This document shows, one piece after another, positions 1-8,200 of a stretch of 58,243 nucleotides of DNA. The stretch is from an uncultured Gammaproteobacteria bacterium. GTDB taxonomy: Bacteria > Patescibacteriota > Microgenomatia > UBA8517. The stretch spans positions 1 through 58,243 of the forward strand of contig CAZRJH010000006.1 of NCBI GenBank assembly GCA_964600575.1, written 5' to 3'. Below the pieces are notes generated by a model. It was not told the origin of the DNA and searched no databases. It worked only from the letters and a program-made list of their open reading frames with translations. The stretch's first letter is position 1. Every line of letters starts with the position of its first letter. The translations under genes were made by a program, and so were the position numbers.

Positions 1-15
1 AAACTCTCAGTAGTC

Positions 16-53
16 CAACCTTTTGACCTTCGGCTTTGCCGAGGTCGAGAGAG
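16..53. repeat. Direct repeat copy A (38 nt; identical 21-nt core GCTTTGCCGAGGTCGAGAGAG at 33-53)
   Basis: Aligns to 131-168 at a constant 115-nt offset, 32/38 identical with the core 21/21. Copy A can fold as GACCTTCGG / CTTTG loop / CCGAGGTC. Confidence 0.8.
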
Positions 54-130
54 AACAACCAACAAATGTTGTCGAGTCTCACCCCAGCCACCAGCAAATT
101 CCACAAGCATACTTTTCAATTTTCTATAAC

Positions 131-168
131 CAAACCTTTAACCTACAGCTTTGCCGAGGTCGAGAGAG
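131..168. repeat. Direct repeat copy B (core at 148-168), immediately upstream of the first CDS
   Basis: Same 21-nt core as 33-53. It ends 3 nt before the TTG start at 172. Confidence 0.8.
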
Positions 169-171
169 TAG

Positions 172-753
172 TTGGCAAAAAACTCCTTGAATTTTGTTTT
201 TAAAACTACTATCTTAAATGACTGTTCACATACTATCGTGGATAAAGAAAGGTACACGACATATCTTCAAAAATACAGTTACGACTGTGGGGCGGGTGCG
301 GCCGGAATAGTTCTTCTAAATCTTGGTGGAACAAGAGTTAATCATGATCTACTTATGGAATCTTTGGAGGTTACAAGAAATGGTACATGGCAGAACAAAC
401 TAGAAAGATATTTTAGACGTCGCGGTTTTTATACAGAAAGCAAAGAGGGGGCAACAATGACAGATCTGAGGCGTTCGTTAAACGATGGAATGCTCCCAAT
501 AGTTTTATACCAGGGATCTGGGACAAAAAGAGAAATGGATAGATATAAAAGCGGTCATTATTCTGTTGTAGCAGGAATAGGAACTAAATATATTTATTTA
601 CTGGATCCAGGGGTGGATAAGGACCATGGTGACGGCATTGGGTGGCAGGTCGCAGAGATTCCAAACTTCGAAGAAAGGTGGCGTGATAGATGGAAGATAA
701 AAGGGAAATATTTTTATTCTAAAAAATGGATGCTCTCGATAGGTTTTAAGTAA
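172..753 (+). CDS. Stand-alone papain-like cysteine peptidase, peptidase C39-like fold
   Basis: 193-aa ORF with a TTG start. Motifs occur in C39-like order: YSYDCGAGAAGIVLL (Cys), SGHYSVVAGIG (His), YLLDPG (Asp). No ABC-transporter domain is attached. Confidence 0.55.
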   Translation: MAKNSLNFVFKTTILNDCSHTIVDKERYTTYLQKYSYDCGAGAAGIVLLNLGGTRVNHDLLMESLEVTRNGTWQNKLERYFRRRGFYTESKEGATMTDLRRSLNDGMLPIVLYQGSGTKREMDRYKSGHYSVVAGIGTKYIYLLDPGVDKDHGDGIGWQVAEIPNFEERWRDRWKIKGKYFYSKKWMLSIGFK

Positions 754-1029
754 TTAATGTTGGGAGTCAAGAACTGAGTGGGCTTGCCAATTTTCCGGTT
801 TAACTGCTTTGACTACTGTTTTTACATCTCCTTTGAAGTTTAGCGTAAAAGTCTCGCCTTCTTTGTAGCGCATGTCATTTATTCCCGAGCCGACTCTTCT
901 TACAGCAAAGCCGTCCTCGGTGCCAATTACTTGAATTTTTCCAAGGGGGGTTACAAATTCAACCATCTTTCCGGGTTGAACTGAAGATATTTCTTCTTCC
1001 TCTGCAAGTCGTTTTAATTCGGCCGACAT
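754..1029 (-). CDS. Hypothetical protein (91 aa)
   Basis: Intact ORF converging on the peptidase gene. No recognisable motif. Confidence 0.35.
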   Translation of the reverse strand: MSAELKRLAEEEEISSVQPGKMVEFVTPLGKIQVIGTEDGFAVRRVGSGINDMRYKEGETFTLNFKGDVKTVVKAVKPENWQAHSVLDSQH

Positions 1030-1065
1030 AGCCTCGATTCTAGTACTTTTTAGTAAAAATGCAAA

Positions 1066-1335
1066 TTAGTCATCCTGCTCTCTAATGTTTTCCGGGCGGC
1101 GAGGTCGGGAATAAATCATGGCGTCAGCGGCACCTTTTCCTGTCATTTCGAAACCGCTCTCTCTAGGGCGAACAACTTTAATAGCATATCCTTTAAGACC
1201 TGTATCAAAAGTTCCCTCCGAAACCCTACTGCTCTGCCTTTTTTGCTTGTTTTTTGCACGCCTTTCCAGATCTGCTTTTGTTATTTGTGCAAGTGTCTCC
1301 GAAATCGGAGCATAGTCATTTTTGATATCTGACAT
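1066..1335 (-). CDS. Hypothetical basic protein (89 aa)
   Basis: Intact ORF co-directional with 754-1029. The opposite-strand ORF 1118-1315 looks like a shadow (Leu/Ser/Cys-rich). Confidence 0.35.
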   Translation of the reverse strand: MSDIKNDYAPISETLAQITKADLERRAKNKQKRQSSRVSEGTFDTGLKGYAIKVVRPRESGFEMTGKGAADAMIYSRPRRPENIREQDD

Positions 1336-1366
1336 ATTGCTAACAGTATTGTAAAATAGTGCCTAT

Positions 1367-1726
1367 ATGTCAAATGCAAGCTTTGATGATTTTTCGAAAC
1401 TCGATATAAGAATAGGAGAAGTTGTAAAAGCCGAAGTTCCCGAGTGGAGCCATTGGGTTATGAAACTTAGCGTTGATTTTGGAGAACTGGGTCAAAGAAA
1501 GATATTTGCCGGAATAATGAAGTTTTATAAGGTCGAAGACCTTGAAGGGAAACAGTTTCCGTTTGTTTTTAATATGTCACCTAAAAAAATCGGACCCGAA
1601 GGAGATTTTTCGGAAGGAATGATGTTGGCCGCTGACTCTGTTATTGATCCGGAAAAACCGGAAGAAGGAAAACCGGTACTTTTCCAACTTCAGGAAAAAG
1701 TTAAAAACGGCACAAAGGTAAGATAA
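1367..1726 (+). CDS. tRNA-binding OB-fold domain protein (CsaA/Trbp111-like)
   Basis: FSKLDIRIGEVVKAEVPEWS...KLSVDFGE...IFAGI matches the start of the tRNA-binding domain of CsaA, Trbp111 and the MetRS C-terminus. Size is 119 aa. Confidence 0.75.
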   Translation: MSNASFDDFSKLDIRIGEVVKAEVPEWSHWVMKLSVDFGELGQRKIFAGIMKFYKVEDLEGKQFPFVFNMSPKKIGPEGDFSEGMMLAADSVIDPEKPEEGKPVLFQLQEKVKNGTKVR

Positions 1727-1769
1727 TAATTTAGTTTTGATAGCCGCTTACTGTATAATGCTCAATCGT

Positions 1770-3632
1770 ATGGATCCTAAAAAAATATTAAAATCCAAAG
1801 AAATTCCAAAAGGGCAATTTCAATTTAAATTAAAAGTTAATCTTTGGACGGTTACCATAGCGCTTCTTGTTATATTTTTTGTAATCCCTATGATAGTTGC
1901 AGGAATTCAGGTTGTAGGGAGTTCCAATAATGTTGAGATATCTCAGCTTCTTAACGATATTAAAGAAGGTAAAGTCGAAAAGGTACAAATTGAAAGCAAT
2001 AAACTTTTGGTTAATTACACCGACGGCACAATTAAGTTCTCTACAAAAGAAGACTCCGACGGATTTAGTACACTCCTTAAGGATGCAGGAATAGATCCGA
2101 CAAAAGTTAAATTTGCAGTTATTGATCAATCTGTCACTAAAATCTTGGCAGAAGCGATAGGAATAATTTTACCTATACTTTTGATGGCGGGGTTCTTTTA
2201 CTATTTTGTACGAGGGCAGAGTAAGGGTGCGCAAGATATTTTTTCTTTTGGTAGAAGCCGAGCCAAAATTTTTGCAAAAGGGAAGCAAAATACAACCTTT
2301 AAAGATGTCGCGGGTGTTGATGAAGCGAAAAAGGAGCTGGAGGAGTTGGTGGACTTTCTAAAAAACCCCGCTAAGTATAGAAAAATCGGAGCCAGAACCC
2401 CCAAAGGTGCTCTTTTGGTAGGTCCTGCAGGAGTAGGAAAAACTTTATTGGCCAAGGCAGTAGCAGGAGAGGCGGGGGTACCTTATTTTAGTATGGCAGG
2501 ATCGGAATTTATGGAGATGTTGGTTGGGGTAGGTGCTTCCAGGGTTAGAGATCTTTTTGGACAGGCTAAAGCTGCGGGTCCTTCTATTATTTTTATCGAT
2601 GAGATTGACGCTATAGGTAGACAAAGAGGTAGGGGAATGATGGGTGGGCATGATGAGCGTGAACAAACTTTAAACCAAATTCTTGTAGAGATGGACGGTT
2701 TTAATCCCAATGACAATGTTGTGGTTTTGGCTGCTACCAACAGGGGGGACCTTTTGGACCCCGCACTTTTACGACCGGGAAGATTCGATAGAAGAGTGGT
2801 TTTGGATTTACCTGACAAAGAAGGAAGATTGGCAATACTTAAGATTCATGCCAGAGGCAAGAAGTTTGTTAAAGATATGAAGTGGGAAAAAGTTGCAGAC
2901 AGAACAGTGAGTTTTTCGGGTGCTGATCTAGAAAATATGCTTAACGAAGCGGCAATAGGTGCTGCAAGAAACGATAAAGACGAAATTACAATGCTTGATG
3001 TTGAAGAAGCGGCAACCAAAGTTAAATTGGGCCCTGCCAAAAAGAGAATTCAAAGCGAAGAAGATAAAAAGATGACTGCTTATCACGAAGGGGGACATGC
3101 GGTAGTTACCCATTTTCTTAAAAATACGGACCCTGTCCATAGAATTTCTATAGTCGCCAGAGGTATGAGTTTGGGCCACACACTTATTCCGCCAGCAGCC
3201 GATAGAACCCACCAAACAAAGTCTCGCCTTTTGGAGCAAATTGCTGCAATGCTTGGAGGGCGTGCCGCCGAGGAAGTTATTTTTGGAGAAATGACTAGCG
3301 GTGCAAGTAATGATATTGCACAGGCAACAAAAATAGCCAGAGCAATGGTAATGGAGTTTGGAATGAGTGAACTGGGACCTATTAATATGGGTGATGATCA
3401 GGGGTTGGGGGATTTTGGACAGATGGAGTGGTACGAAAGCGCTAAAAACTCCCAGGCTTTTATGGAAAAAATCGACCTTGAGGTTAAAAAGTTTTTAGAC
3501 TCGGGATACAAGATTGCTTTAAAAATAGTTAAAGATAAAAGAAAACTTTTGGACAAGATTACCGATGCTCTTTTAGAAAAAGAGACCTTGGATCGCGACG
3601 ACTTCGAAAAAATAGTCGGTAAAAAAATCTAA
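1770..3632 (+). CDS. ftsH: ATP-dependent zinc metalloprotease FtsH
   Basis: N-terminal TM segments, Walker A GPAGVGKT, IIFIDEIDA, SRH region ATNRGDLLDPALLRPGRFDR and zinc motif HEGGHA. I chose ATG 1770 (MDPKKILK) over the upstream TTG 1737. Confidence 0.95.
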   Translation: MDPKKILKSKEIPKGQFQFKLKVNLWTVTIALLVIFFVIPMIVAGIQVVGSSNNVEISQLLNDIKEGKVEKVQIESNKLLVNYTDGTIKFSTKEDSDGFSTLLKDAGIDPTKVKFAVIDQSVTKILAEAIGIILPILLMAGFFYYFVRGQSKGAQDIFSFGRSRAKIFAKGKQNTTFKDVAGVDEAKKELEELVDFLKNPAKYRKIGARTPKGALLVGPAGVGKTLLAKAVAGEAGVPYFSMAGSEFMEMLVGVGASRVRDLFGQAKAAGPSIIFIDEIDAIGRQRGRGMMGGHDEREQTLNQILVEMDGFNPNDNVVVLAATNRGDLLDPALLRPGRFDRRVVLDLPDKEGRLAILKIHARGKKFVKDMKWEKVADRTVSFSGADLENMLNEAAIGAARNDKDEITMLDVEEAATKVKLGPAKKRIQSEEDKKMTAYHEGGHAVVTHFLKNTDPVHRISIVARGMSLGHTLIPPAADRTHQTKSRLLEQIAAMLGGRAAEEVIFGEMTSGASNDIAQATKIARAMVMEFGMSELGPINMGDDQGLGDFGQMEWYESAKNSQAFMEKIDLEVKKFLDSGYKIALKIVKDKRKLLDKITDALLEKETLDRDDFEKIVGKKI

Positions 3633-3676
3633 TCCTTCATTGATTTTTAGTCTCTACAAATATAGTATTGGCTCCA

Positions 3677-4342
3677 ATGTATAAGGAGAGGGGAGATGTT
3701 GATAGCGGACGAGTTGAAAAAGAATCGCCTCTTGTTGAAATAAGATTTCACCACTTGGGTGTTTGGTACGACTTGATTCATTCATATTTTAAAAATGTCG
3801 GACCCACTCCGCCTTGGGAGCTTGGGTTGGACGAAAGATATAAAGCCTTTGAATTTGCTGAATATTTTGTGGAAAACGAAATGGCACGTTGGAGTGAGGC
3901 AAGAAACTTTCTTGAGGAAGTGGGTAGTGAAGACTTTGGTATCGAAAAATTGATATATGTTTACGACTTAAATGGAAAGACTGATGAGGATTCGAAAGTG
4001 GTTGAAGGTAAAAGGAAAATTCTTTTTAAAAAGTTTATTGAGATTAGTCTGAATAACGAAGAAGCGCCAATAAAATTTACTTTAGATAAAGACGATTATT
4101 GTTCGACTTGCGCTGTTGGGAAGCATTGTAACCGCACACTGATTCAAAAAATTCTGAGAAACGACCGAGATTTTGTTTTTAAAAAAGCACTGCAAAGAAT
4201 GTCGTCTGAAGGAAAATTTAAACATGGTTTGTTACATAGGGGTGGGGATGTCTTTGCCACCACTAAACTACTTTTTGACAAAGGTTTTTATGATGCCCTT
4301 TGGCAGGCAATCGATTTAAACGGAGACCGAGACTGGTTGTGA
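3677..4342 (+). CDS. Orphan Cys-motif protein, paralogue A (RFHHL ... CSTCAVGKHC)
   Basis: Shares SPL-x-(I/L)R(F/Y)HHL, PWEL, D-x2-C-x2-CA(V/I)GKHC, DF(V/I)-x-K and F-x-K-x-FY in the same order with the next gene. ATG 3677 lies inside track ORF 3668-4342. Confidence 0.6.
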   Translation: MYKERGDVDSGRVEKESPLVEIRFHHLGVWYDLIHSYFKNVGPTPPWELGLDERYKAFEFAEYFVENEMARWSEARNFLEEVGSEDFGIEKLIYVYDLNGKTDEDSKVVEGKRKILFKKFIEISLNNEEAPIKFTLDKDDYCSTCAVGKHCNRTLIQKILRNDRDFVFKKALQRMSSEGKFKHGLLHRGGDVFATTKLLFDKGFYDALWQAIDLNGDRDWL

Positions 4343-4383
4343 TTTTTGAATAGATCCGAAAAATCGGGTAAAATCTCCGTTCT

Positions 4384-5061
4384 ATGTCAGTCGAAGTAAC
4401 ACCACAAAGAGAGTTGGCAGCCTCGCCGTTAGCTTTGAGATATCACCATCTTGAATGGTTGAGCGCTTTTACGCTCTCTCTTTATGAAGATTTTGGTGTT
4501 TTACCCTGGGAACTCCAGGTAAACGAGAAAATCTACCTTGAAAGGTATGCCAGGTCTTTTTCGGCGGTTGCCCTTGAACCCATGACTGTTTCACTTACTA
4601 AAAAACCAAATTTATTTTCAAATTCGATGTTAACTTCATATTACAAAGATGTTTTGGGTGACACTTTGGAGTCTGCAACCGAAACAATAAATAAAAACGG
4701 CGATTTTTTGTCAGAAATGACAGTTGGTTTTATGACAAACCCAAATGGTTTTTTGAAATTAACTGAAGAAAGGGATGGTATATGTAAATCTTGTGCAATA
4801 GGGAAGCACTGCAAGACAAATATACCATTGGTAGCAAGACCTTTGGGGGATGGCGATTTTATTGTTAAACAATCGCTTTTGTCTTTAAGAAAGCGAAAGC
4901 CACAAGAAGACTACGGCGCGTTGATCATACCAATGGAAGGTGATATTTTATTGGCCAACAAAATAATTTTTAAAAAAGATTTTTATATAAATTTAACCCG
5001 AGAAATAAAGAGAAAATTTTTAACATCCGTTGACTTTGGATATTGGAACAAACTTAAATAA
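4384..5061 (+). CDS. Orphan Cys-motif protein, paralogue B (RYHHL ... CKSCAIGKHC)
   Basis: Tandem paralogue of 3677-4342 with the same length class and motif order. Confidence 0.6.
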   Translation: MSVEVTPQRELAASPLALRYHHLEWLSAFTLSLYEDFGVLPWELQVNEKIYLERYARSFSAVALEPMTVSLTKKPNLFSNSMLTSYYKDVLGDTLESATETINKNGDFLSEMTVGFMTNPNGFLKLTEERDGICKSCAIGKHCKTNIPLVARPLGDGDFIVKQSLLSLRKRKPQEDYGALIIPMEGDILLANKIIFKKDFYINLTREIKRKFLTSVDFGYWNKLK

Positions 5062-5075
5062 GATTAGAATATAGT

Positions 5076-5972
5076 ATGTCAAAACTACTAATAATTGACG
5101 GCAATGCAATTATGCATAGGGCTTTTCATGCAATGCCGCCTTTAACTACAAAAGACGGAGAACCTATAAACGCTGTTCATGGAATGGCCTCTATGCTTAT
5201 TAAAGTAATCACGGATATAAATCCCAATCTAATTGCTGTTGCCTTTGATGAAAAAGAAAAAACTTTTCGTCAGAAAGAGCTGCCCAGCTATCAAGCGCAA
5301 AGACCGCCACTTCCGGAGGAACTTTCCTCACAGTTTGAAAAAGCAAGGCAGTTTTTGAAAGCCGCAAACATTTCGGTATTTTCGAAACCCGGATATGAAG
5401 CGGACGATGTGATTGGAACTCTGGCGGTAAATTTTTCCGGAGAAGTGGTTATATTAACGGGGGATAGGGATATTCTTCAGATGGTTGACGACAAAAGAAA
5501 TATAAAGCTTTATATGCCGATAGCTGGGCTAAGTAGTGCAAAAATGTTTGGCGAGAAAGAAACCTTTGAAAGAATGGGTGTAACCCCTAAACAGATTCCC
5601 GACTACAAAGGACTGGTTGGGGATCCATCCGATAATTATCAGGGTGTTCCCGGAATAGGTCCGAAAACAGCAGGAGGACTATTGGAAAAATACGGTACTT
5701 TTGAAGAAGTATATAAACACATCGAAGATATTACCGGCAGCGCCAAAGATAAGTTGGTAAAAGGGAAGGGGTCGGGAGAGCTTTCCTACAAACTTGCAAC
5801 TATAGTAAAAGATGTTCCCTTTGAATATGATTTTGAGGAGATGGGCAGGTGGGATATTGCTTCTGTTGCCGTTGTAAAACTTTTTGAAAATTTCGGATTT
5901 AAAACTTTAACCGAGAGAATTAAAAAAGCGGGAAAAGAATTAGACGAAAAGAAACAAGGGTCACTATTTTAA
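5076..5972 (+). CDS. Stand-alone 5'-3' exonuclease / flap endonuclease (Pol I N-terminal domain homologue)
   Basis: LLIIDGNAIMHRAFHA, YEADDVIGT, LTGDRDILQ and H3TH region GDPSDNYQGVPGIGPKTA. There is no polymerase domain (298 aa). Confidence 0.9.
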   Translation: MSKLLIIDGNAIMHRAFHAMPPLTTKDGEPINAVHGMASMLIKVITDINPNLIAVAFDEKEKTFRQKELPSYQAQRPPLPEELSSQFEKARQFLKAANISVFSKPGYEADDVIGTLAVNFSGEVVILTGDRDILQMVDDKRNIKLYMPIAGLSSAKMFGEKETFERMGVTPKQIPDYKGLVGDPSDNYQGVPGIGPKTAGGLLEKYGTFEEVYKHIEDITGSAKDKLVKGKGSGELSYKLATIVKDVPFEYDFEEMGRWDIASVAVVKLFENFGFKTLTERIKKAGKELDEKKQGSLF

Positions 5973-5975
5973 TAT

Positions 5976-7115
5976 ATGAAAGTTGCATTAGTTCATGACT
6001 ATATTAAGGAATTTGGAGGAGCAGAGCGGGTACTTAAAGAATTATCTTTGATGTTCCCAAATGCTCCAATATATACAGCTTTTAAGGTTGATGGTTCTAC
6101 CGCCGCAAAAGAATTTGTCGGCAAAAAAATTATAGAAAGCAAATTTGCACCTCTTATAAAGATAGGTAAACTTTACAGTCCTTTAAGATTTTTGGCTCCA
6201 AAAATATGGGGGTCGTTTGATTTGTCGGAATATGATTTAGTTATAACTTCCTCCAGTTGGTATATTACTCGCGGGTTTTTAACCGGACCTAAAACCAAGG
6301 TGATTTGTTACTGTCATACACCACCCAGGTGGCTTTACGGATTCGAAACTTCTGTTGGTTTTACAAAGTATTGGCCAGTTAAAGTTTACTCGTTAATTGT
6401 GGGACACTTTATGCGTTTGTTTGATTTTGAGTCATCTCAAAAAGTGGATTACTGGATTGCCAACTCGGTTAATGTTCAAGCGCGGATAAAGAAGTTTTAC
6501 AGGAAAGACTCCAAAGTTATTTACCCACCCGTTTCGGTAAGCGAAATAAGTAGTGCAGCTAGAGGTCTAAAGAAAGAAAACTTCTTCTTGATAGTTTCCA
6601 GGTTGGTTGGGGCTAAAGGCTTGGAGGAGGCCGCGGCTTTGTCTAAAAAGTTGAATTTTGAACTTAGAATTGTAGGGGAGGCGCACGGTTTTGCAGAAAT
6701 AGAGAGGGCCTTGTTGTCTATGTCCGGCGGAAATCTAACTTTGACAGGAAGACTGTCAGACCCTGAACTTTACAAGACTTTGGGCAAAGCAAAAGGACTA
6801 ATAGCTTTAGCACGGGATGAGGATTTTGGTATGACTGTTGTTGAGTCTCAGGCGGCGGGAACACCTGTAATTGCTTTTAATGGGGGAGGGTTTAAAGAAT
6901 CTGTCGTCAACGGAAAAACGGGTATTTTAATAGATGAGATAACGGAAAATTCGCTTAAAAAAGCTATAGAAAAACTAGAAAGAACTGATTGGAACAGCAA
7001 GAGTCTTTTAGATAATGCAAAAAAATTCTCCAAAGAAAAATTTAGATCTGAAATGCTAGAATTTATTAATGCCAAAGTTAAAGAAAAAAAGTCCCACAAA
7101 AAAGAGCTTCTTTAG
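5976..7115 (+). CDS. Glycosyltransferase, GT4 (GT-B) family
   Basis: C-terminal GT1/GT4 signature EDFGMTVVESQAAGTPVIAFNGGGFKESVVNGKTG. Confidence 0.85.
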   Translation: MKVALVHDYIKEFGGAERVLKELSLMFPNAPIYTAFKVDGSTAAKEFVGKKIIESKFAPLIKIGKLYSPLRFLAPKIWGSFDLSEYDLVITSSSWYITRGFLTGPKTKVICYCHTPPRWLYGFETSVGFTKYWPVKVYSLIVGHFMRLFDFESSQKVDYWIANSVNVQARIKKFYRKDSKVIYPPVSVSEISSAARGLKKENFFLIVSRLVGAKGLEEAAALSKKLNFELRIVGEAHGFAEIERALLSMSGGNLTLTGRLSDPELYKTLGKAKGLIALARDEDFGMTVVESQAAGTPVIAFNGGGFKESVVNGKTGILIDEITENSLKKAIEKLERTDWNSKSLLDNAKKFSKEKFRSEMLEFINAKVKEKKSHKKELL

Positions 7116-7545
7116 ACCTGTTCATATTCAAGCAATAGTTTTTTTGGTTATATATAACATCATCTCCAAGTCGATTTTTTTTAGGTCGATTGCGGAAAAA
7201 TCACTCTTGATTAACTTTATGGGTCCGTTTGTTTTTGGAGTAATTGCGGGGTGTATTTTTATGTATTTACTGAGTCACGAAGACTTTTTTCATTTTATGA
7301 AAGAGGTGGAAAAGGTAGAAAAGAAGACGGAAAACAAGCTGGTTAAAAAATATATTCATCATGGTAAGATTTTGGCAACATTTTTAATCTTTTCCCTTTC
7401 GGGCCCAGTTTTTGGCACTATAACTGCCCGTTTGTTGATTCCAAAATATCGCTATTGGTTTTGGCTGCTTTTTGTAGGAAACTTTATTTCTACACTGATA
7501 ACAGTGGGTATAGCAAAAGGGTTGTTGGTCGGTTTGGTCCGTTGA
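7069..7545 (+). CDS. Small polytopic membrane protein (paralogue of 11776-12237)
   Basis: Shares FRPVHIQA..., GPF-x-G, ...SHEDFFHFMKEVEKVEKK... and KGLL with 11776-12237. Both follow a GT4 gene. It overlaps the GT4 3' end by 47 nt. Confidence 0.6.
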   Translation: MPKLKKKSPTKKSFFRPVHIQAIVFLVIYNIISKSIFFRSIAEKSLLINFMGPFVFGVIAGCIFMYLLSHEDFFHFMKEVEKVEKKTENKLVKKYIHHGKILATFLIFSLSGPVFGTITARLLIPKYRYWFWLLFVGNFISTLITVGIAKGLLVGLVR

Positions 7546-7552
7546 ATATAAA

Positions 7553-7984
7553 ATGAAAAGAAAACTTAAAAAAGATAGATTTCATATAGTTCCACTTATC
7601 ATAATTTTGGTAAGTATTATTACGGTGGTTGTTATATCGAGAACAATTACTTACTTAGTTTTGGTAAACAAAAGTTTACCTAGTTGGCTTTTTGCTCAGA
7701 TAGGCGGTTTTAGACTACACCACTTTGTTTACGGGAATATCCTTATACTTATTACAAGTTTCTTTTCGATAGGGTTGGGTATTCGGAAACATAAAAATTT
7801 ATTTGCGGTCTTTTATGGAATTGGATTGGGACTGGTATTTGACGAGTTTTTGCTTTGGGTAGGGGATGTAAACCAACTTACCAGCAATGTACTTTTTGTC
7901 CCCAGTTCTTTTACGGTTGTTTCGATAGCTTGTATAATAATTGCTTCTGTTATAGCATTTCGTTTGTACAGTCGAAACGCTTGA
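7553..7984 (+). CDS. Hypothetical polytopic membrane protein (143 aa)
   Basis: About four hydrophobic helices. The last 11 codons (IAFRLYSRNA) are encoded by the first copy of the downstream tandem repeat. Confidence 0.5.
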   Translation: MKRKLKKDRFHIVPLIIILVSIITVVVISRTITYLVLVNKSLPSWLFAQIGGFRLHHFVYGNILILITSFFSIGLGIRKHKNLFAVFYGIGLGLVFDEFLLWVGDVNQLTSNVLFVPSSFTVVSIACIIIASVIAFRLYSRNA

Positions 7985-8174
7985 TGCTTAGAGCACAAGA
8001 ATGCTGGTGCCCATAGCATTTCGTTTGTACAGTCGAAACGCTTGATGCTTAGAGCACAAGAATGCTGGTGCCCATAGCATTTCGTTTGTACAGCAGAAAT
8101 GCTTAAGATTTAGAGCAACGCTCGATTCTCGTAGCATTTCGTTTGTACAGTCGAAGCGCTTGATGCTTAGAGCA
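7952..8174. repeat. Four-copy tandem repeat (61, 61, 57 nt periods) with a 28-nt imperfect palindrome core AGCATTTCGTTTGTACAGTCGAAACGCT
   Basis: Copies start at 7952, 8013, 8074 and about 8131. Copies 1 and 2 are identical over 61 nt and copies 3 and 4 have diverged. The conserved ~42-nt core runs TAGCATTTCGTTTGTACAG...TTAGAGCA. Confidence 0.9.
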
Positions 8175-8200
8175 GAAATGTTTAACCTTTATAAAAAAAT

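Noticed and set aside
1830-3239. Multiple antisense or overlapping ORFs inside ftsH, and similar ones inside copA, pilB, the giant pseudopilin and the ligase
   Set aside because: They lie wholly within strongly supported genes. They have biased Ser/Leu/Cys/Arg-rich shadow-frame composition and no motifs.
7952-8174. Possible mini-CRISPR array, since a ~28-30-nt partly palindromic repeat with a ~31-nt interval gives a 61-nt period
   Set aside because: The would-be spacers are not independent. Spacers 1 and 2 are identical, and all four share (T)GATGCTTAGAGCA-like sequence, so the true unit is a ~57-61-nt tandem repeat. No cas genes or leader are present in the window.
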